Below, piece by piece: positions 57,583-64,000 of a stretch of 64,000 nucleotides of DNA; the first letter of the stretch is position 1, and each line of letters starts with the position of its first letter. Under the pieces are notes generated by a model that did no database searches, was not told the origin of the DNA, and saw only the letters and a list, made by a program, of their open reading frames with translations. A program made the translations under genes and the position numbers. The stretch comes from a bacterium (GTDB lineage: Bacteria > UBA8248): NCBI GenBank assembly GCA_965261085.1, contig OZ253442.1:512001-576000 (forward strand), given 5' to 3'.

Positions 57583-58752
57583 ATGGTCGAGCGAATAAGA
57601 GCTTCCAATATCGGGCCAGTCAATGAAGCGGATATCCGCTTCGGTGACGTTACAATATTCGTCGGCCCGCAGGCGACCGGAAAAAGTATCTTCTTGCAAC
57701 TCCTGAAACTGCTTGTAGACAAAACTGCAATACACAAGACCATGAAGCACTTCGGCTTGGCGCAGCGCGGCCGCGGCAATGCGAGCACCTTTTTCGATCT
57801 GTATTTCGGCGAAGGCATGGCATCGATCTGGTCGGAGGAGAACAGCAAACTGCTCTTGGGGCAGGCAAGCAAGCCTACTGATCTAACGGTCTACACACGC
57901 CCAAGCCGGCTCGATATTTCGGAAAAACTCTTTTATATACCCGCTCAACGGGTCATGAGCCTGCGCGACGGCATGACCCGTCCGTTTACGGATTACCGGG
58001 CAGGTGACCCCTTCGTTCTGCGGGATTTCAGTGAAAAGCTGCATGGCATCGTACAAAACGAAATCGGTCTCGATGAAGATGTCTTCCCACGCCCGCAACG
58101 TTTGGCGGCGACACTGCGAGAGCCTTTGGAAAAACATATTTTTGGGGGTTTCGGGTTGCGCACGGATACGTCGGGGCACCAGGGGCGTCTGGTTCTGAAT
58201 CAGAGTAACGGTCGCAATCTGCCTTACCTCGTATGGTCGGCCGGGCAGCGTGAATTCGTGCCGCTGTTGCTTGGGCTTTATTGGCTTCTACCGCCGTCCA
58301 AAACGCCGACCCGCGACGATATTGAATGGGTTGTGATCGAAGAACCGGAAATGGGGCTACATCCGAACGGAATCGGAGCAGTTCTCAACCTTGTCATGGA
58401 ATTGCGGTTGCGCGGTTACCGCGTTTGCATTTCCACTCATTCGCCCCATGTCCTCGATGTCATATGGGCGCTGCGCTTCTTTCAGGAGAACGGCGGAGAA
58501 ACCGGAGATGTTCTGAAGCTTCTCGGCCTTGCTCGCAATAACAAAACGCGGAAATTGTCTGGTGCTGCTCTAACGAGCGAGTTCAGAACATATTATTTCA
58601 AACGGGACGGCTTTGTTCATGACATATCCGACCTCGATCCCGGATCGGATGATATCGCTGAAGGAGGCTGGGGTGGTCTCACCGAATTCTCCGGCAATAT
58701 AGGGGACATTGTCGCTGAAGTCGCTAACCGCCTGCCGACCGATGCGTCATGA
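57583..58752 (+). CDS. Soluble ABC-type ATPase (AAA_15/AAA_21 class)
   Basis: NIGPV, GPQATGKS, YIPAQR, SAGQ signature, IEEPEMGLHP, STHSP; lower GC. Confidence 0.9.
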   Translation: MVERIRASNIGPVNEADIRFGDVTIFVGPQATGKSIFLQLLKLLVDKTAIHKTMKHFGLAQRGRGNASTFFDLYFGEGMASIWSEENSKLLLGQASKPTDLTVYTRPSRLDISEKLFYIPAQRVMSLRDGMTRPFTDYRAGDPFVLRDFSEKLHGIVQNEIGLDEDVFPRPQRLAATLREPLEKHIFGGFGLRTDTSGHQGRLVLNQSNGRNLPYLVWSAGQREFVPLLLGLYWLLPPSKTPTRDDIEWVVIEEPEMGLHPNGIGAVLNLVMELRLRGYRVCISTHSPHVLDVIWALRFFQENGGETGDVLKLLGLARNNKTRKLSGAALTSEFRTYYFKRDGFVHDISDLDPGSDDIAEGGWGGLTEFSGNIGDIVAEVANRLPTDAS

Positions 58753-59231
58753 CCTTCAAGAAGGCGGTCGAGGCCGCGCCGCCCCCGGTGAATCTCGCGT
58801 ATTGTCCCGGGAAACAGGCCTTGGAGAACAGACATCGCGGACTAGTGACATGCACCGATTCACGACGGCTGACCGGGAGTATCTATCTGGACTCGGCCTT
58901 GGCGCAAGAGCCGGGTTACACCGATAAACCGCGTTGGGATTACAGTCTCGGCTACAAGCCACAGAACGGACGGGAACACGCGGTATGGGTAGAAGTGCAC
59001 TCGGCGACGACAAAAGAAGTTTCTGCGGTTCTCAAGAAACTGCAGTGGCTACGGGACTGGTTGAATAGCGAAGCCGAGCAACTCAAGAAGATGACAGATT
59101 TCGCCAAAAACGACATTCGTTTCGTGTGGATTGCCAGTTCCAGTGTCAAAATTCTTCAGAATTCCCCTCAAGCCCGGCGGCTCAGCCAAAGCGGTATCCG
59201 AGGTGTGAAGAAGTGTCTTAAGTTGCCATGA
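58749..59231 (+). CDS. Hypothetical basic protein, possible restriction-endonuclease-like fold
   Basis: ATGA overlap with the ATPase; RWDYSLGY ... WVEVHSA motif. Confidence 0.7.
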   Translation: MTFKKAVEAAPPPVNLAYCPGKQALENRHRGLVTCTDSRRLTGSIYLDSALAQEPGYTDKPRWDYSLGYKPQNGREHAVWVEVHSATTKEVSAVLKKLQWLRDWLNSEAEQLKKMTDFAKNDIRFVWIASSSVKILQNSPQARRLSQSGIRGVKKCLKLP

Positions 59232-59290
59232 TTTGTCACCACCCCTCGGATAGAGATTGCCATTGGACGAGGACGACTCTCTTTATGGAT

Positions 59291-60040
59291 TCATCGAACG
59301 GTGCGAAAGGCGGAGCGCATCAAAAAGCGGCTGTTAAACCACGCGCCGCCGCGCAAGACTTTCACGCTGCCCGCACCCGGGCCTTTCGGGTTTTTCCCGG
59401 GCATATGCGCGTAGAAATTCCCCCGGTACCAGTCCGCCACCCATTCCATCGCGTTTCCCGCCATATCCATCGCCCCAAAAGGACTCGCGCCCAGCGGCCT
59501 GCTTCCCACGCTCCAGGTGGCGAACCCCTTGCTGCAGGAGGGAATCTCACTGCCCATGACGGCCCGCGCGCACGTCGCCCGCTCATCCCCCCACGGGTAG
59601 GTGCGCCCATCGCTACCGCGCGCCGCCTTTTCCCACTGCGCCTCGGTGGGCAGGCGCCTGCCCACGCGCACGCAATAATCGCGCGCCTGAAACCAGGTGA
59701 CGCCAACGACGGGCTGCTCGGGCTCCTCGAACGAGCCCGCGTAGCGATCGGCCGGAGCAAAGAACTTGCGGAAGCGCCGGTTGGTCACCTCGTATTTGTC
59801 GATGTAGAAGGCTTTGAGGTATATCCGGCGGCGCGGCGTTTCGTTGTCGCCGAAAATGTACCCGCCCGAAGCCGAGCCCATTACGAAATCCCCCGCCGGA
59901 ACGAGGAGCAGGGGTGCGCCGTCCAGGCCGGTGATCTGCTTGGGTAACTCCGCGCCCCGGGCGACGCTCACCCACGCCGCCGCGAGAAAGAGTGTTAGGT
60001 AAACGGTGAGTGGAAAATGGTTCTTGCGACCCTGAAACAT
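59291..60040 (-). pseudogene. 3'-truncated duplicate of the FGE-family gene
   Basis: About 12 aa differences from 56297-57139 over the mature domain; ends RSAFRTVR-stop and lacks the GFRC terminus; start 60040 inferred from alignment. Confidence 0.75.
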
Positions 60041-60127
60041 CGTGGATACCCGCAAGGCGGAAAGTATTTTCATCCTTCATATTATAGACGATGAACGGCC
60101 CCTACTTGGTAAATGAACAAACGGATT

Positions 60128-60279
60128 GTAGGGGCGGACCTGTGTGTCCGCCCGCGCGGGGCAATCGCGAACCATGCCGACGCAACCGGGGCAGGATTCG
60201 CGGCAAAGATACGCCGTCGGCGAGCCTCCGCCAAAACCGCGCGAACGCAAACAGGGCGGACACACAGGTCCGCCCCTAC
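60128..60279. repeat. GTAG-type REP doublet with perfect 26-bp terminal inverted repeats
   Basis: GTAGGGGCGGACCTGTGTGTCCGCCC / GGGCGGACACACAGGTCCGCCCCTAC. Confidence 0.88.
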
Positions 60280-60350
60280 TCCAAAATAAAAGCTCCCCCC
60301 CACCGGCGCGACTGTGGAATTCCCCTCTTCGGTCGGAATTGACCCCCCTG

Positions 60351-60379
60351 TTGCAATTCCCCGCCCCGCCTTCTAGGAT
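60351..60379 (+). promoter_or_regulatory. Possible sigma70 promoter of the peptide ABC operon
   Basis: TTGCAA-17-TAGGAT. Confidence 0.4.
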
Positions 60380-60444
60380 ATTCCGCGTTCGCGCGCACCC
60401 GCGCCGCGAACTTATCACCCTTCCAAAAACGCGAGGATACAAGC

Positions 60445-62142
60445 GTGAAAACCGCACTGACCCTCATCGCCACCCTTTGTGTTTTCCTCATGGCGCAGTC
60501 TACGCATGCCGCGCGCGGAGCAGACGGGCGCCTGCGCATCATCTATTGGCAGGCGCCCTCCACCATGAACCCCTATCTATCGGGCGGCACCAAGGAGATA
60601 GAGGCCGCATCGCTGGTCCTGGAGCCCCTCGCGCGCTACGACCAGAACGGCGACATGAGACCCTGGCTCGCCGTACAAGTTCCCACGCTGGAAAACGGCG
60701 GCGTGGCGGCGGATTTGCGGAGCATCACCTGGAAACTCAAGGGCGGCGTCAAATGGGCCGACGGGACGCCGCTCACGGCGAAGGACGTGGTTTTCACGTG
60801 GAAATACTGCACGCATCCCCAGGGGGGCTGCTCCCAAAGCGAGAAATACAACGACGTGAAAAACGTGGAGGCCTTGGGCCCGCGAACGGTGCGCGTGACC
60901 TTCGGCGTCGCGAAACCCTTTCCCTACGGGCCGTTCGTCGGCGCGCAAGCCCCGATCATCCAGGCCGCGCAGTTCGCCGACTGCCTGGGCGCCAAGGCGC
61001 CGCGCTGCACCAACGCCAACTTCAAGCCCGTGGGCACGGGGCCGTTCGTCGTATCTGAATTCCGCCCGAACGACGTCATCTCCTTCGCCGCCAACCGCCA
61101 CTACCGCGACCCGGCCAAGCCGGCCTTCGCGCGGGTGACCTTCAAGGGAGGCGGCGACGCGGCGGCGGCGGGCCGCGCGGTGCTCGAGACCGGCGAGTTC
61201 GACTACGCCTGGAACCTGCAACTCGCCCCGGACGTGCTGGCGAACATGCGCAAGGCGGGCAAGGGGGTGGTCATCTCCTCGTTCGGCACGCTGGTCGAGC
61301 GTATCATCATGAACCTCACGAATCCGGATCCTAAACTCGGCAAGGAGCGATCCACCGCCAAACACCCCCACCCGTTCTTATCGGACATCCGCGTGCGCAA
61401 GGCGCTCTCGATGGCCATCGACAGAAAGCTGCTTGTGGAGATCGGCTACGGCGCGGCGGGCAGGCCGACGTGCAACATCCTCCCCGCCCCCGCCATTTAT
61501 AAGTCCACCGCCAACGATGCGTGCCTCAAACAGGACATCCCCGGCGCGAACAAGCTGCTCGATGCGGCGGGCTGGAAGCGCGGGGCAGGCGGCGTGCGGC
61601 GCAAGGGGGGCGTGAAACTCTCGATTCTCTACCAGACTTCCACCAACGCCGTGCGCCAGGATTTTCAGGCGCTCATCAAGCAGTGGTGGTCCAAGATCGG
61701 GGTCGAGACGGAGCTCAGGAACATCAGCGCCTCGGTGTTTTTCGGCGGCGACCCGGGAAGCGGGGACACGTTCCAGAAATTCCGCGCCGACGTGCAAATG
61801 TACGCGAATAACTTCGACGGCACCGACCCTGAATCCTACATGGCGAACTGGGCGTGCAAGGAAGCGCCTCGTCCCGCCACCCAGTGGCAGGGCAACAACA
61901 TGCCGCGCTACTGCGACGCCGCCTACGACGCGCTCGTCGCCAAGATGGCGCGCGCGGGCGCGCTTAAAGAGAGGGCCCGTCTCGCCAAAGCCATGAACGA
62001 CAAGCTCATGCAGGCCTACGCCCTCATTCCGCTTGTCGACCGCGGCCGCGTATCGGCCCATGCCAAAACGCTGGGCGGCGTCATCCTCAACACCTGGGAT
62101 TCGGAATTGTGGAACATCGCCGACTGGCGCCGCGTCAAGTAG
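60445..62142 (+). CDS. Peptide ABC transporter substrate-binding protein, family 5
   Basis: Signal peptide, WQAPSTMNPYL, GVKWADGTPLTA, GTGPF. Confidence 0.95.
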   Translation: MKTALTLIATLCVFLMAQSTHAARGADGRLRIIYWQAPSTMNPYLSGGTKEIEAASLVLEPLARYDQNGDMRPWLAVQVPTLENGGVAADLRSITWKLKGGVKWADGTPLTAKDVVFTWKYCTHPQGGCSQSEKYNDVKNVEALGPRTVRVTFGVAKPFPYGPFVGAQAPIIQAAQFADCLGAKAPRCTNANFKPVGTGPFVVSEFRPNDVISFAANRHYRDPAKPAFARVTFKGGGDAAAAGRAVLETGEFDYAWNLQLAPDVLANMRKAGKGVVISSFGTLVERIIMNLTNPDPKLGKERSTAKHPHPFLSDIRVRKALSMAIDRKLLVEIGYGAAGRPTCNILPAPAIYKSTANDACLKQDIPGANKLLDAAGWKRGAGGVRRKGGVKLSILYQTSTNAVRQDFQALIKQWWSKIGVETELRNISASVFFGGDPGSGDTFQKFRADVQMYANNFDGTDPESYMANWACKEAPRPATQWQGNNMPRYCDAAYDALVAKMARAGALKERARLAKAMNDKLMQAYALIPLVDRGRVSAHAKTLGGVILNTWDSELWNIADWRRVK

Positions 62143-62181
62143 GCCCGCGCGCCGCTTAGGGCCACCGAGGCTTACCAACCG

Positions 62182-63189
62182 ATGGCGACCTACACGTTCA
62201 GGCGGCTGCTCATCGCCGTACCCACGCTCATCTTCATCAGCCTCGTCATATTCCTGCTCTTAGACCTCGCGCCAAGCGACCCGACGGCGAACCTCCCCCT
62301 CACGATTCCGCCCGAGGTGCGCCAGAAAATCCGCGAGTCCCTAGGATTAGGCGAGCCCATCCACATCCGCTATCTGCTGTGGTGCAAGCAGTTTTTCATC
62401 AACGAACCGCTGAACGTGCTCGACGCCCTGCTCGGCCACGCGGGCGACTCCGAGCGGCTCCGCGTGTTGAGTTGGCAGACGCGCTCCCCGGTCGTCGACT
62501 TGATCGTCGAGCGCTTGCCGCAGACGCTTTGGGTCGTGGGGCTCTCCTACGTCATCGGCGTCTTGATCGCGATACCCATCGGCATCTTCTCGGCCTACCG
62601 ACAATATAGCTGGTTCGACCAGATAGGCACTTTCGTCTCCACCGTGGGGTTTTCCGTGCCGACGTTTTTCACCGGCGTGTTGCTGATCGTGGTCTTCTCT
62701 GTAGGACTCGGCTGGTTCCCCTCCATCTATGACACCACGCACCGCGTGACGGACTGGAGCAGCTTTCTCGTCCAGGTGCGCCAGATGGCCATGCCGGTCT
62801 TCGTACTCGCCCTGTACAACGCAGCGCAAATCAGCCGGTTCATGCGCGCCTCCATGCTCGAGAACTTAAGCCAGGACTACGTGCGCACCGCCCGGGGCAA
62901 GGGCTTTCACGAGCGGCGGATTCTCTTCGTCCACGTCCTGCGCAACTCGATGATTCCCGTCGTCACCATCATCGCGCTGGGCGTGCCGCAGGTGTTCGGG
63001 GGGGCGATCATCACCGAGCAGATCTTCAAGGTGAACGGGCTGGGGCAGTTGCTCATCGTCGCCATCCAGGGGGGGGATCTCCCGACCGTCCAGACGCTGA
63101 CCTTCATCTTCGCGGTGCTGATCGTGGCGTTCAACCTCGTCGCCGACATCCTCTACGGGGTTCTGGACCCCACCATCCGCTATGACTAG
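62182..63189 (+). CDS. Peptide ABC permease (OppB/DppB-like)
   Basis: DYVRTARGKG, ITEQIF, LDPTIRYD. Confidence 0.95.
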   Translation: MATYTFRRLLIAVPTLIFISLVIFLLLDLAPSDPTANLPLTIPPEVRQKIRESLGLGEPIHIRYLLWCKQFFINEPLNVLDALLGHAGDSERLRVLSWQTRSPVVDLIVERLPQTLWVVGLSYVIGVLIAIPIGIFSAYRQYSWFDQIGTFVSTVGFSVPTFFTGVLLIVVFSVGLGWFPSIYDTTHRVTDWSSFLVQVRQMAMPVFVLALYNAAQISRFMRASMLENLSQDYVRTARGKGFHERRILFVHVLRNSMIPVVTIIALGVPQVFGGAIITEQIFKVNGLGQLLIVAIQGGDLPTVQTLTFIFAVLIVAFNLVADILYGVLDPTIRYD

Positions 63190-64000
63190 CCTACGGCGCG
63201 GGGTCTGGGCGCAGTTCCGCACCCACCGGGGAGCGATGATAGGGGCGGGGATCCTGCTCATCGCAGCGCTCGCCGTGGTGTTCGGCCCGCATCTGTGGAG
63301 CATCGACCCGCACCTCATCGACATACCCGCGCGCAATCAGGGCCCCGGCCTCGCCCATCCGCTCGGCGCCGACCGCCTGGGCCGCGACACCCTGGCCCGC
63401 ATGCTCGCGGGCGGGCAGGTCTCGCTCGCGGTGGCGGGCGCCGCCATGGGCCTGGCCCTTTCCCTGGGCGCGGTCATCGGCGTGGCGTCCGGCTACTTCA
63501 GGCGGCTGGACGGCCCGCTCATGCGGCTGACGGATCTCTTCTTAGCACTTCCGCTCCTGCCCCTTCTGCTCGTGATCATCGCGCTGTTCCGCGACGCCCT
63601 GCGCTCCGCCTTCGGCCCTGAGACCGGCATCTTCATCCTCATCGCCTCGGTCATCGGCGCGACCTCCTGGATGAAGACCGCCCGCATCGTGCGCGGAGAG
63701 GTGCTCACTCTCAAAGAGCGCGAATTCGTCCTCGCCTCGGGCGCGGTGGGAGCGCCCACGAAGCGCATCATCTTCCGCCACATCCTGCCGGGCGTCGTCT
63801 CGCCCATCATGATCTCCGCCGCCCTCGGGGTGGGCGACGCCATCATCACAGAATCCGCGCTCTCGTTCCTGGGTCTGGGCTTTCCGCCGGATTTCCCCAC
63901 CTGGGGAAGGCTGCTTTACGATTCGACCGATTACCTCCAGCAATACCCGGAGCGCGTGCTGTGGCCCGGCCTCGCGATTTCGCTCACCGTGCTGAGCATC
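63182..64000 (+). CDS. Peptide ABC permease (OppC/DppC-like), runs off the window
   Basis: ATG 63182 overlaps the previous gene; HPLGADRLGRD, TESALSFLGLG read directly from the sequence. Confidence 0.9.
   Translation, partial: MTSLRRGVWAQFRTHRGAMIGAGILLIAALAVVFGPHLWSIDPHLIDIPARNQGPGLAHPLGADRLGRDTLARMLAGGQVSLAVAGAAMGLALSLGAVIGVASGYFRRLDGPLMRLTDLFLALPLLPLLLVIIALFRDALRSAFGPETGIFILIASVIGATSWMKTARIVRGEVLTLKEREFVLASGAVGAPTKRIIFRHILPGVVSPIMISAALGVGDAIITESALSFLGLGFPPDFPTWGRLLYDSTDYLQQYPERVLWPGLAISLTVLSI

Noticed and set aside
56297-60040. Diversity-generating retroelement (FGE/CLec-type target, near-identical repeat, downstream hairpin)
   Set aside because: There is no reverse transcriptase in the window. 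Differences between the copies are spread over the gene, mostly synonymous and not adenine-specific, and the second copy lacks the C-terminal segment where a variable region would lie.

Overview
A GC-rich, gene-dense 64 kb bacterial chromosomal segment. Taxonomy cannot be fixed from sequence alone; the atpF'-F-H-A-G-D-C block without atpB/E is of the kind seen in Deltaproteobacteria- and Nitrospinota-like lineages. Most of the window is catabolic or transport genes: three paralogous alpha/beta hydrolases of the 2,6-dihydroxy-pseudo-oxynicotine hydrolase/FrsA type, three enoyl-CoA hydratases, an acyl-CoA ligase, a family III CoA transferase, HMG-CoA lyase, two FAH proteins, two tandem ThDP E1 alpha/beta pairs with no E2/E3, an amidohydrolase-fold protein coupled to a Rieske ferredoxin, and sugar and peptide ABC systems. 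It also holds a complete three-gene NHLM-type RiPP exporter with no recognisable precursor or maturase. The accessory material is: an islet between two hydrolase paralogues (orphan gene, MITE-like hairpin, RNase H-like protein, FitAB/VapBC, MNT-HEPN); single AT-rich genes (DEDDh exonuclease, DUF1643); an intact IS1182-family element with 5-bp target duplication; and an ABC/AAA ATPase plus putative nuclease pair between two copies of an FGE-family gene. Several GTAG-type REP palindromes lie at the borders of these insertions. The best leads are the ATPase/nuclease pair (candidate defence system), the amidohydrolase-Rieske pair (candidate dinuclear oxygenase), the orphan NHLM exporter, the E2-less double E1, and a hairpin-rich intergenic region split by the IS. 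No rRNA, tRNA or CRISPR array was seen. All family assignments come from reading motifs by eye, not from database searches.
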